61,316 nucleotides of DNA from IMG/VR virus record IMGVR_UViG_3300042465_001021, positions 1 to 61,316 of that record; one strand, given 5' to 3'. Under the pieces are notes generated by a model. That model was not told where the DNA came from. It saw only the letters and a list, made by a program, of their open reading frames with translations, and searched no databases. The stretch is from a virus (lineage: Duplodnaviria > Caudoviricetes). The position numbers and the translations under genes were made by a program. Numbering within the stretch: the first letter of the stretch is position 1; every line of letters begins with the position of its first letter. Positions 19,227 through 27,841 of the stretch are shown one piece after another.

Positions 19227-19255
19227 TTTATAAGGACTCCCGTACAAGCAGTCAA
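19227..19255 (-). promoter_or_regulatory. sigma70-type promoter
   Basis: Minus strand TTGACT-N17-TATAAA. Confidence 0.65.
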
Positions 19256-19259
19256 GCCC

Positions 19260-19514
19260 CTATTTCATCGACCCATCCGACTTTCTACGGAACGAGCGGT
19301 TCTTGCTAGGCGGCTCTAACCGTGTGCCAGTCTTGTTACTGCCGCCCTTCGACAAGGCTTTCACATGGGCAACGTCCTTGCCCTTTCTGCTAATACCTTT
19401 CTTGTCGTAAGAACGACGCGCCCGTTGGCGCTCCATGCGGTTCTCGTGTTCGCCACGCTCAACCTGCTGCTCGTATTCCTTCTTGTACGGCCTCGCCTTG
19501 TTCACGTACGGCAT
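19260..19514 (-). CDS. small HNH-like protein
   Basis: 84 aa, basic; KDVAHVKALSKGGSN...NRSF resembles an HNH core. Confidence 0.6.
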   Translation of the reverse strand: MPYVNKARPYKKEYEQQVERGEHENRMERQRARRSYDKKGISRKGKDVAHVKALSKGGSNKTGTRLEPPSKNRSFRRKSDGSMK

Positions 19515-20171
19515 CTATCTGCCTCCATAAAATTTGCACGATTCAACTGGGCAATGCTTGCGGCACAGCCCGGTCGGGTTAGGCGGCCATACTGCGTTGT
19601 CGAATGCAATACTCAACCTGCCTAGTTCTACTTCAAAGACCTTCCACATTCCCTCAATGTCATCCCTGACATACTCTTCCGTAATGAAGATGTTGTGCAA
19701 AAGAAACATTAGCCCAGACTTTATGTTCTGTACCGCCGGGAAATGTGCAAAGACCATCAATCCCATCAACTTCAACTGGTTCGGGTCGGCATAGGTCGGC
19801 TTGCCTGTCTTGTAATCGACGATGTAGGCGGTGTCCCCGTCTACGATCAGCAAGTCGGCTATGCCCCGTACCCAGTAATCCTCCCCGCCAAACTCACACG
19901 GCTCCTTGGCTGCATTCAGTGCCATCTCGTGTTCGCAATACTTGGTTCCCGGTATCTCAAGGAGCGGGTCAACCATCTTGCTAAACGGCTCATAGAACTT
20001 CGGCAGCGCAACGCCGTCCCTCACATAATCTTCTAGTGCCTTGTGAACCTCTTTACCGTACCGGGCATCATCACCCTCTCGGGATATGAAGTTCTTGGCG
20101 ACACGGATCTCATAGTACTGCTTCGGACAAGTCTTGTACTGTTTGAGACTGCTGTAACTCCACTTGACCAT
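19515..20171 (-). CDS. PD-(D/E)XK (RecB/Cas4-like) exonuclease
   Basis: WSYSSLKQYKTCP, RGIADLLI, IVDYKTGK, QLKLMG, C-terminal CxxxCxxxxC. Confidence 0.85.
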   Translation of the reverse strand: MVKWSYSSLKQYKTCPKQYYEIRVAKNFISREGDDARYGKEVHKALEDYVRDGVALPKFYEPFSKMVDPLLEIPGTKYCEHEMALNAAKEPCEFGGEDYWVRGIADLLIVDGDTAYIVDYKTGKPTYADPNQLKLMGLMVFAHFPAVQNIKSGLMFLLHNIFITEEYVRDDIEGMWKVFEVELGRLSIAFDNAVWPPNPTGLCRKHCPVESCKFYGGR

Positions 20172-22027
20172 TAACAATCCCCATAGGACTCTCCGTATTT
20201 AGCTTCACAAGCGACGGGTAGTCCGGTTGCCCAATCTGGTGGAGTAGACATTACTTTAGTTATGAACGCAAGTGCTTCATCTATCTCAGGTTTTGGAACC
20301 ACAATTACGGCAGCGTCATGCACCGTCAGCACCGGACGGTATTTTTCCCGGATCTTTAACATCTGTTCCCCGACGATGATCCGGGCGAGTGCCTGCACCA
20401 CGTTCTCCACGACAGCGCCGCCCCATATCGTGACCTTGCCCTTGCGAGAATCGTACGTAGCCTTATTGTCTTCGTATCGTAGGTTGGGGTAATTAATCTT
20501 TAGACCATTCGGCAGGAATATGCCTTTGTTAGACGCACGTACGACTGCGTGTTCCCCAAGCATGTATCCGTACCTTTCACCCTCCAACACGATCATATCC
20601 TTCAAAGCCTGATCACATTCACGCCACAACTCGACGATCCTGTAGTTAGATTCTCGGTACAGATCGACAATCGCTTTGCACTGCTTCTCAGTCAGATCAG
20701 CACCGGGCGGTTGCGTCTTCAGTGTGTGCTGCAACTTGGCCGCGCCTGTGCCGTAACCCAATCCCAAGATACAAGTCTTACCGACGAATCGTTCGACCGG
20801 ATCAGCCTTGCTGATGTGCCGCTTGTAAATCTTCGATGCAAAGATCGAATACACATCCTCGCCCTTGCGGAACTGACTCGTTACGTCAGACTGTCCTGCC
20901 AACCATGCAAGTACACGGGCTTCTATTTGCGACGAGTCGCAGTTGATAATGAAATGACCCTGCGGAGCGACCACCGAATTCTTGAGTGCCTTCTTTTTCT
21001 TGTCTCGTGAAGGAAGGTTTTGTAGGTTGACGGAATCCATGCCCGACCAACGGCCTGTGTGAGCGCCGTAATACTTGAGCGGGATAGGTAGCCGACCGCG
21101 ATTCCTAGCACCAATATGTATAAAGCGTTCAATTCTTGACTCCTCTAGTGTTGATTTAGTCCCAAGTCTGACTGCACACAACTGCTGCACGAACGGATCT
21201 TCATGCTCCGTCAACGCGATGAATCCCGTATCATTCTTAGCAAGTGCGAATGTTTCCTTGCCAGTCGCAGGGCTAATCTTCATCGGCACAGAAATGTTCA
21301 GACCTTGCAAGATGGCAGCAAACTGTGGGTTGCTTGCCAACTTCTTTCTCACATCTTCTTCAGTCTCACACTTCAACTGTTCTTTCAGTTCGGACAGGAT
21401 GGTGTGCTTCTCTTTCTTGACTTCTTCAAGTCGTGTGACAAGTAACGCATCGTCCACCATCAATACCGGCTCCGTGTACATACGGAGCGTCATGTCGATC
21501 AAGTCTAGTTCTGGTTCCGGAAACGTAACAACCAACCTACTAAAAAGATCATAGGTAAGATCAACATCGTTGCAGCAATAACCAGCATACTTATCAAGAT
21601 CTCCAGAACTAAAATCCAACCTCTTCTTACCCAGTGCATTGATTACCTCCGTTCCTTTCTCCCCCAAGTTATATCGTTTTGCAAGCGCAGCGAGGGAGCC
21701 ACCCGCATCTACGCCGTGAGTTGCTCTGGCCATGCAGAGCGTGTCGAATAGATACGCAGGCTTGATGTCGAACACCCACGACAGGATTGCCCCATCAAAC
21801 TGAGTGTTGTGACACAGGAGCGCAGACGTATTCCAGTCCACTTGGTTTAGCCAAGCCTTGATCTCTTCGTGAGTACCGCTGAACCACTCGGTCTCGTTGT
21901 TGTCGATCTTCATAGCCACGCCGATAACTTCAAACCTCGGGTCGCGGATGTACTCCTCGGTCGTCAGTTTGGTTAGGCTATAGTCCTTGGCGTAATACGT
22001 TTCAAAGTCGAGCGTTATGAAACTCAT
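20171..22027 (-). CDS. polA: family A DNA polymerase with 3'-5' exonuclease
   Basis: Start ATG 22027 (MSFITLDFETY, ExoI); HNTQFD, HTGRWSG, DSSQIEAR (motif A), KTCILGLGYG (motif B), TVHDA (motif C). Confidence 0.9.
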   Translation of the reverse strand: MSFITLDFETYYAKDYSLTKLTTEEYIRDPRFEVIGVAMKIDNNETEWFSGTHEEIKAWLNQVDWNTSALLCHNTQFDGAILSWVFDIKPAYLFDTLCMARATHGVDAGGSLAALAKRYNLGEKGTEVINALGKKRLDFSSGDLDKYAGYCCNDVDLTYDLFSRLVVTFPEPELDLIDMTLRMYTEPVLMVDDALLVTRLEEVKKEKHTILSELKEQLKCETEEDVRKKLASNPQFAAILQGLNISVPMKISPATGKETFALAKNDTGFIALTEHEDPFVQQLCAVRLGTKSTLEESRIERFIHIGARNRGRLPIPLKYYGAHTGRWSGMDSVNLQNLPSRDKKKKALKNSVVAPQGHFIINCDSSQIEARVLAWLAGQSDVTSQFRKGEDVYSIFASKIYKRHISKADPVERFVGKTCILGLGYGTGAAKLQHTLKTQPPGADLTEKQCKAIVDLYRESNYRIVELWRECDQALKDMIVLEGERYGYMLGEHAVVRASNKGIFLPNGLKINYPNLRYEDNKATYDSRKGKVTIWGGAVVENVVQALARIIVGEQMLKIREKYRPVLTVHDAAVIVVPKPEIDEALAFITKVMSTPPDWATGLPVACEAKYGESYGDC

Positions 22028-22203
22028 GACGCCCTCGCAACAACAAGTTTCCAACCTTTTCCGGTCTCAACAAATCCTGCCGCTGCCAATGCCTCAACTG
22101 ATCGGCAACCACCAAACTTGTATCGATGTGAATGAAACGCGCCTGCCGTAGCAAACTTGCGCTTACACTCAGTACACCTTCTTTCTTGCTTTACGACGCT
22201 CAC
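22024..22203 (-). CDS. small zinc-finger protein (not in ORF track)
   Basis: 59 aa MSVVKQERRCTECKRKFATAGAFHSHRYKFGGC...; CxxC...HxH...C; stop overlaps the polA ATG (ATGA). Confidence 0.6.
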   Translation of the reverse strand: MSVVKQERRCTECKRKFATAGAFHSHRYKFGGCRSVEALAAAGFVETGKGWKLVVARAS

Positions 22204-22366
22204 TTTTCAACCTCTCTATTTCAGTCCGTAGATACTTAATCTCGTGGTGACACTGCCACAGCACACTACCCACCGTCAAAAACTTCATCTCAGTTGTGGT
22301 AGATGCGTCATTGATCTCGTTGGGTAACGCACGTATCAAGTCCAATATATCGTCCTCAATCTCCAC
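22169..22366 (-). CDS. hypothetical protein
   Basis: 65-aa ORF in a packed minus-strand operon. Confidence 0.55.
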   Translation of the reverse strand: MEIEDDILDLIRALPNEINDASTTTEMKFLTVGSVLWQCHHEIKYLRTEIERLKSERRKARKKVY

Positions 22367-22736
22367 TTTTCTTTCTCCTCTTACGCATCGCTTTCCGTGT
22401 TAAATCCCAGTGCAGTATCCGATGACAGTTGGAGCAGAGCGGTATGCACTTCTCTTCTGCCTCTTTGATTGCCTCGGCTATGTTTCTCTGTCTCACAGCC
22501 AAATAATTGACAGATCGCTTACCTTCTTTGATCACATGATGAAAGTCAATGATTGCCGGATGTTTTTTTCGGCAATGACTACATCGCTGCTTCGACTTGT
22601 ATGCGACCCACTCTGTTCTGTTTTTATCTCTACCCTTCCTCGCTCTCTTAATAACCTCTTGTCTGTTACCTTCGTACCACTTCCGTGCGTACACCTTTTG
22701 TTTGGCCTTACGTACGGCCTCGTCCTTGAACGGCAT
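22356..22736 (-). CDS. HNH endonuclease
   Basis: CSHC...IDFHH...KCIPLCSNCHRILH. Confidence 0.8.
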   Translation of the reverse strand: MPFKDEAVRKAKQKVYARKWYEGNRQEVIKRARKGRDKNRTEWVAYKSKQRCSHCRKKHPAIIDFHHVIKEGKRSVNYLAVRQRNIAEAIKEAEEKCIPLCSNCHRILHWDLTRKAMRKRRKKSGD

Positions 22737-22744
22737 CGAACCCC

Positions 22745-23170
22745 CTACAACCTCTTACGCCAGTACAACGCTCTTGCGAACGAGTACAGAATCTTGGGGG
22801 TGTAGAGTCTGAAGCCGCACGAGATCAGGTTGTTGGCACTTGGTATGTTGTCGGTGGTATCCGACACAGCCCATCTATACCCATGCCTCCTAGCCCACTG
22901 AACTCGTATCCGGATCATCTGCCGCTGAATGCCGTACCCCCTGTAAGCACTCAGCACACCGCAGCGTCCTAAATAAATCCCATCCTCCATCTGCTGTGAT
23001 GGCGACAAGCAACTAAATCCAACCGGGGCAGTCTTGTGGTACGCCATCCACCACACCCCATCTTCCGGGAAATAAAGATCATCTGCCGGAAGACAAGCCT
23101 TTTGCAGTACCTTCAACTGCCGCTTGATCCCCAGATCTGAAGCATCTACTTGGCCGTAAGTAATCTTCAT
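22745..23170 (-). CDS. GNAT family acetyltransferase
   Basis: GVLSAYRGYGIQRQMI (acetyl-CoA motif A), NIPSANNLISCGF (motif B). Confidence 0.85.
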   Translation of the reverse strand: MKITYGQVDASDLGIKRQLKVLQKACLPADDLYFPEDGVWWMAYHKTAPVGFSCLSPSQQMEDGIYLGRCGVLSAYRGYGIQRQMIRIRVQWARRHGYRWAVSDTTDNIPSANNLISCGFRLYTPKILYSFARALYWRKRL

Positions 23171-23181
23171 ACGGCACAATT

Positions 23182-23427
23182 TTACCTGATGTTTTTACCC
23201 CTCTGATACTCCAGTTCATTCATCAAAGTAAGCAGTTCTAATGAAATCACTGTAGCCTCGTCGGATAGCCCCGCCCTGCGAATGTTCTGTAAGGCTCGGT
23301 CTACTTGACTCTGCTGAGTTTGGCCGTACCCCCAAGGTGCAGCCTTCATTTCGTCTTTCCACGCGCCGGGCGGTGATTGATTGTCTATAGTCACGGCTCC
23401 GACGCTCGGCTTTAATTCTGTCGTCAT
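23182..23427 (-). CDS. hypothetical protein
   Basis: 81-aa ORF; start uncertain, overlaps the upstream ORF. Confidence 0.45.
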   Translation of the reverse strand: MTTELKPSVGAVTIDNQSPPGAWKDEMKAAPWGYGQTQQSQVDRALQNIRRAGLSDEATVISLELLTLMNELEYQRGKNIR

Positions 23428-23617
23428 ATTGTTTTATCCCTCGATAAACCGCACCTGCCATGTGGTATTGCTTGATACCCCATAGCTCCACTAGGTCTTT
23501 GTATTTCACGCGCTCGTCTAATTCTCGTGCCTTACGTTTGCGTTCCAACAAAAACTTGTACTGCTCAAACGAAAGTGCCACGTTATATCTAGTTGGCTTT
23601 TTGTCATTCGTTTCCAT
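23216..23617 (-). CDS. hypothetical protein, possible DNA-binding N-terminal half
   Basis: GAGATGTGAC-ATG start; C-terminal half overlaps 23182-23427 and may be an extension. Confidence 0.45.
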   Translation of the reverse strand: METNDKKPTRYNVALSFEQYKFLLERKRKARELDERVKYKDLVELWGIKQYHMAGAVYRGIKQYDDRIKAERRSRDYRQSITARRVERRNEGCTLGVRPNSAESSRPSLTEHSQGGAIRRGYSDFIRTAYFDE

Positions 23618-23618
23618 G

Positions 23619-24290
23619 TCACATCTCTTTGGCTACCGCCAACCATTCGTCGCCGTACTCCACATCGCCCCAATCTTCGAACCACGGGCCACCTCTAGTG
23701 AAGTGGACAGCCACGGGATTCGGGCAGACGTTCTTCGTATGCCACCCTTCCAAGTAGTTGTAGGCAATCGGCAACTCACCAATGTTCTCTTCTAGCGTCC
23801 ACCGGAATTGATGCAAGTACATCCCAGTCCCGATGTTCACGCCCGTCAGAGTCAAGTTTTGCTTTACGTCCGGATGCTCACAGTTCAGCAGCATCAGGCT
23901 CGACCAATTCTTCTTTGGATACTTGTGCTGTGCATGGCCGTCCATCTTCGTCGTTTCTTTCGGCTTGTACTTGTGCTTCACGCACAGTACCGAATACTTC
24001 GGGTCGGCGTAGTCCATGACTCCTGCCACATCTCCTCGCCAGAGAAAGTCACAGTCCATGAACAACGCCCACCCTTTGTATCCAACTAGATACGGTGTCA
24101 GGAAACGAGTGAACGAAAACTCGGTAGAAGATAGAGGGTCATGCTCTCGCCAGTACCGATGCTGTTCTCGTAACTCGTCTTGCTTGATCGGTTGGATGTC
24201 GAGCGGTACAGATGTATATCGGAGCAATGATTCCTTGCACACCTGATACGCAATGTCTTCACGACTGTCCCAACCAATAAAAATCTTCAC
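23619..24290 (-). CDS. GT-A fold glycosyltransferase (GT8-like)
   Basis: IFIGWDSRE, STEFSFTRFL, DxD motif in FMDCDFL, NWSSLML, HFTRGGPWF. Confidence 0.8.
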   Translation of the reverse strand: MKIFIGWDSREDIAYQVCKESLLRYTSVPLDIQPIKQDELREQHRYWREHDPLSSTEFSFTRFLTPYLVGYKGWALFMDCDFLWRGDVAGVMDYADPKYSVLCVKHKYKPKETTKMDGHAQHKYPKKNWSSLMLLNCEHPDVKQNLTLTGVNIGTGMYLHQFRWTLEENIGELPIAYNYLEGWHTKNVCPNPVAVHFTRGGPWFEDWGDVEYGDEWLAVAKEM

Positions 24291-24544
24291 GCACCACACT
24301 CCTTCTTCGTCTTGTCTCGCACCAACACCAATAACTTACAGATCACATGGCTCTCGGTCTTCTGCTCCCCTGCCTTGTGCAAGAGATCAAACTGATGAGC
24401 CAAGTTCTCGATCATGTCCCAATCGATGTACTCCAACTCTAGGTTGTCGCCAATCGTCGCCCAGACTTTTTCCTGCGGCGGGATCGGGATCATGTTCTCG
24501 GGCTTAACGTCCAGATAGGACACATCGTCATCAGAATGTTCCAT
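24287..24544 (-). CDS. hypothetical acidic protein
   Basis: 85-aa ORF coupled to neighbours. Confidence 0.5.
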   Translation of the reverse strand: MEHSDDDVSYLDVKPENMIPIPPQEKVWATIGDNLELEYIDWDMIENLAHQFDLLHKAGEQKTESHVICKLLVLVRDKTKKECGA

Positions 24545-25712
24545 CGTAGTCACGCTTGATCTCCTCAATTAGTTCCTTAACCTGTTTGTCCCACGGAGCA
24601 ACCACGCTGTCACGGGGGAATAGTTTTACTTCCGGATAGAACAGACTATTACGCCCGATCTTGTGGTTCCAATACCAAAGTTTGTTGGCATCAAGTACGT
24701 ATGTAGGTTTGCCCATCGCCCCTGCGATATGCACGTTGGCGTTACTGACAGACACCACCACATCGCACTGCGCCATCACTGCGGCTACGCCTTCCAAGTC
24801 AAAGAAGTTGCCGACCGTCGTCTGCCAAATTTTCTTGCCAGTCTTTTCTTCAAACGGCTCGATGTCGTGATCGGGTTTGCCGTACTGAAGATTGACGATC
24901 TTGGCATTCGGGATGTCCCACAGCCCGACCAACTCTTCCAACTTGATACTCTTGTGCTTGTCTATACGAGGTGCAGTGCTTGCCCACGACAGCCCAATAA
25001 CAAAGTCCTTGTCAGGGAAACCCAGTTCTTGCTGTATCTGTTCAATACGCTTCGGGTCAGGCTCGATGTATCGAGGAGCAGCAAATATCCCTATGTCCTC
25101 TCTCGACTTAATGAAATATCTACCGATACTACCAAGCGGTATCTGCGAGTCGTACTCAGAATTGTTCACCTTGGCGCTGTGCGGAATAAAAGTAATGTGC
25201 CGATTCGCTCGTTGCAGCAAACCAATCAACCGCACATCAATCATCACCGTGACTTTCTCAGTCTGACTCTTCAGTGCATCAATTAAACTTCCATACAACA
25301 ACTGATCGCCAATACCTTGCTCACACCATACAAGCACAGACTTGTAGGCACGGTATGGTCGCCACTCGGGGAGTCGTGTTTTAAGTTTGGGTGAGGCAAA
25401 CGACGGACTGTTCCAACGCTCGTCATACAACTCCCACCCACGCTTGAAGTCGCCAAACTGCATCGCCATCAAGCCCATCGTCCACTTGGCATCAGCGGCT
25501 TCGTGGTCGTGGTGTAATGCTTTCTCAAAGTCTGCCTTCGCCAAGTCCCAACGCTTCATCTCCCAGTGCGCTCGGCCACGCTGAATGTATGAAGCAATAA
25601 TCAGCGGGTGCATATCGATGAGTTTCGTGAACCCCGGTATGCACTCGTCGAACTTGTCCTGATCCAACATCTCCAACGATTCCTTGAAGATGTCCTGTAT
25701 TGATTTATTCAC
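24531..25712 (-). CDS. TPR-repeat + GT-B (GT9-like) glycosyltransferase
   Basis: N-terminal TPR-like helices; GWELYDERW, WCEQGIGDQL, IGLSW, LQYG, DVVVSVSNANVHIAGAMGKP. Confidence 0.8.
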   Translation of the reverse strand: MNKSIQDIFKESLEMLDQDKFDECIPGFTKLIDMHPLIIASYIQRGRAHWEMKRWDLAKADFEKALHHDHEAADAKWTMGLMAMQFGDFKRGWELYDERWNSPSFASPKLKTRLPEWRPYRAYKSVLVWCEQGIGDQLLYGSLIDALKSQTEKVTVMIDVRLIGLLQRANRHITFIPHSAKVNNSEYDSQIPLGSIGRYFIKSREDIGIFAAPRYIEPDPKRIEQIQQELGFPDKDFVIGLSWASTAPRIDKHKSIKLEELVGLWDIPNAKIVNLQYGKPDHDIEPFEEKTGKKIWQTTVGNFFDLEGVAAVMAQCDVVVSVSNANVHIAGAMGKPTYVLDANKLWYWNHKIGRNSLFYPEVKLFPRDSVVAPWDKQVKELIEEIKRDYDGTF

Positions 25713-25981
25713 ATCATTGCCCTCGGGCTACGCTTGCCTGCCTCTGATCGACGTAGGATTCTGGATCGACCATCTCGTGTCATGCACAAAGCGGTCAACT
25801 TGTGATAATCCAAATCCAACATATCGCAGATCCAACGCATCGAACCTACGTTAGATCGTCTGGAGTACACCCAGTTGATAGCAGGTGATTCGCCGTAGTC
25901 CACATCTTTGATTGCCTGATACAGAACAGCAGCCCACAAGCGGCGGCAACCTGCATCGTCCAGTTTGTCCCATTCATTCAT
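25709..25981 (-). CDS. hypothetical protein
   Basis: 90 aa; LWAAVLYQAIKD...WICDMLDLD, a common phage motif. Confidence 0.6.
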   Translation of the reverse strand: MNEWDKLDDAGCRRLWAAVLYQAIKDVDYGESPAINWVYSRRSNVGSMRWICDMLDLDYHKLTALCMTRDGRSRILRRSEAGKRSPRAMM

Positions 25982-25983
25982 GG

Positions 25984-26628
25984 TTAATCTCTCTCGTCGT
26001 TTATGTTTACCAACAAGTCTTCCATGATCTTTCCAATGTTGGTTTCTTTACTAACATGGGCTTGCAATTTTCTAATTGCCTTATGCTCCAACTGTCGTAC
26101 GCGCTCTTGTGATACGCCTAAATCTAAACCGATATCCTCAAGAGACCTCACTTCTCCGTTCAGGCCGAACCTCTCGCTCAATATCATTCTTTCTCGCGGA
26201 GTCAGTACCGCAGCCATAGCCTTGTTCAGTACGTTCTCCGTTTCTTCCTGTGCGATCTCACGAATCCCTGCATTGTCACGCATATCTTCAAGACGGTCGT
26301 TCCAGAGTTCGCCACCGGCAAGACCTACAAGTTCAGACTCGGTAACGTCTTTGGTTCCCGTCGATGTGGTCAATACAAGTACCTTCTGACGTTCACTGAA
26401 CAGATCATTAGGCAACGCATACAACGCATCGCACAACTGCAACACACACTTTCTCCACTCACCCTTCTGGTTAAGCGGAGATGCTTTCATGTTTATGAGA
26501 TCGAACGTAGCGCCGATTGGTAAGTTCTTTTCTCTGCACATCTGAAGTACAGACGGATACCCCGCAGCCTCCATCGCTCGACGTATTCGTGCGTTCGATA
26601 CGGATATCTTTACTCTGTAGTCGCTCAC
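25984..26628 (-). CDS. HTH + sigma70 region 4 fusion protein
   Basis: Likely GTG start 26628; C-terminal LTPRERMILSERFGL...SLEDIGLDLGVSQERVRQLEHKAIRKL is sigma70 region 4; N-terminal Cro-like segment; no region 2. Confidence 0.75.
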   Translation of the reverse strand: MSDYRVKISVSNARIRRAMEAAGYPSVLQMCREKNLPIGATFDLINMKASPLNQKGEWRKCVLQLCDALYALPNDLFSERQKVLVLTTSTGTKDVTESELVGLAGGELWNDRLEDMRDNAGIREIAQEETENVLNKAMAAVLTPRERMILSERFGLNGEVRSLEDIGLDLGVSQERVRQLEHKAIRKLQAHVSKETNIGKIMEDLLVNINDERD

Positions 26629-26741
26629 CAGTATTCCCTCCCTCCACGCTTCGCTCCCCATGCAGGTGGAGGCACGTGCGCCCACTCACGCTTACGAAAG
26701 TCCTCGCGTCTCTTGAAGAAACCTAATAGCCAACGGATCAT
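26625..26741 (-). CDS. small hypothetical peptide (38 aa, not in ORF track)
   Basis: MIRWLLGFFKRREDFRKREWAHVPPPAWGAKRGGREYW*; GGAGGT upstream; ATGA/GTGA coupling at both ends. Confidence 0.5.
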   Translation of the reverse strand: MIRWLLGFFKRREDFRKREWAHVPPPAWGAKRGGREYW

Positions 26742-27043
26742 GGTTCTACCTCCCATCGAATACCGTCTTTCTTTAACACGTTGTCAGAACGAGTTAATGA
26801 TTCTGCCAATTCGTTAACATGACCCCTCTCACGGATGGCGGCGGCTACGTTGAACACATCCTCGTCCTCAATATCAAAATTACTTAGTAGTACTTCTATA
26901 CATTTCTCCCGCTCGGCTGCGGCAACGAGGGCGGCAAATCGTAAAAAATTTTCTTCCTGCATCCTTATGCTCATCAACGGTTTGGAATAAATGCCGTGCC
27001 ATCCAGCCTCTCGCGCCAGTCGAATAACCTCTTCTCTATTCAT
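26738..27043 (-). CDS. hypothetical protein
   Basis: MNREEVIRLAREAG...RFAALVAAAEREKC...AAAIRERG, a common phage family. Confidence 0.65.
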   Translation of the reverse strand: MNREEVIRLAREAGWHGIYSKPLMSIRMQEENFLRFAALVAAAEREKCIEVLLSNFDIEDEDVFNVAAAIRERGHVNELAESLTRSDNVLKKDGIRWEVEP

Positions 27044-27564
27044 GCGTTCTTCCTCGCATCAATCTCACGCTGCAAGTACCACGCTGCTTTCTCCAAGTCC
27101 TGAATCGGATCGGAGTCTTTCTTTCCCGCTCGGCTCACGTACTTCACGACGTTGCCCAGTCGGTAGTTCAAATCTTTAGCCTCGATGAAGTCGATAGTCT
27201 CGATGCCACCGGCCTTGTAGTGCGGGGGGTGATTGACGAGATCGGCTTGATAATTCTCATACGCACGGTCGAACCAATCGTTTACAAGATCGTTCGTCTT
27301 TTCTACTTCCTTAATCTTGTCCAACTCATCCAACACCTTCTTCATCTCTGTTACTTCTTCAGTGATCCTCGACTGCTTCTTCAGCCGCGCTTTTGTAAAC
27401 ACCTTGTCTACAAACGCAGAGTTCTTCTTCGCGTGCCACTTCACTTGATGCACGAGATTCGGAGTGACCTTTAATCGATCTGCGATTTCTCTCGCAGTCA
27501 ACTCTGGATTCGACGCCAGAAGTGCAGTGATACGCTGAGTCTTGTTACGCTTTTTATTAGCCAT
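27040..27564 (-). CDS. HTH + DUF3310 (SaV-like) protein
   Basis: VNHPPHY..GGIETIDFI...GNVVKYVSRAGKK...DLEKAAWYL; N-terminal HTH. Confidence 0.8.
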   Translation of the reverse strand: MANKKRNKTQRITALLASNPELTAREIADRLKVTPNLVHQVKWHAKKNSAFVDKVFTKARLKKQSRITEEVTEMKKVLDELDKIKEVEKTNDLVNDWFDRAYENYQADLVNHPPHYKAGGIETIDFIEAKDLNYRLGNVVKYVSRAGKKDSDPIQDLEKAAWYLQREIDARKNA

Positions 27565-27841
27565 GATTAAGTTCCTTTCTCAAGTTTTCGATATTGGTTT
27601 CGTCAACAATTAGTGCTATGCCACCCGCTGCGCGAATGGCTTTCATGTGTGCGTGTTGTAGTGCCGTTGGTTTACCTCCATTTGCCTTACACTCTATAGC
27701 ATAGAACAATCCACCTTTACAAATCAAAAAATCGGGAACCCCTGAGTTACCGTAGCCTCCTGTAACTGGCATCGCGTAGTACGCCCCCATATCCTCCAAG
27801 ATCTTCTTAACCTTAGACTTAACCTTCGCCTCGGGTGTCAT
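27557..27841 (-). CDS. VRR-NUC domain nuclease
   Basis: TPEAKVK...GVPDFL...AIECKA...PTALQ. Confidence 0.85.
   Translation of the reverse strand: MTPEAKVKSKVKKILEDMGAYYAMPVTGGYGNSGVPDFLICKGGLFYAIECKANGGKPTALQHAHMKAIRAAGGIALIVDETNIENLRKELNHG

Noticed and set aside
19175-19309. + strand 44-aa ORF with a GGAGAGGT RBS (type I toxin-antitoxin idea)
   Set aside because: Peptide is not hydrophobic, no + strand promoter was seen and it runs antisense into the HNH-like gene; kept only as an alternative explanation of the sRNA
19515-20171. Cas4-like nuclease as evidence of CRISPR-Cas
   Set aside because: Stand-alone PD-(D/E)XK exonuclease next to polA, normal for phage replication modules
23182-23617. 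212-bp same-strand overlap of two ORFs as a dual-coding region or frameshift
   Set aside because: More simply explained by a lost stop or mis-called start; no slippery site identified
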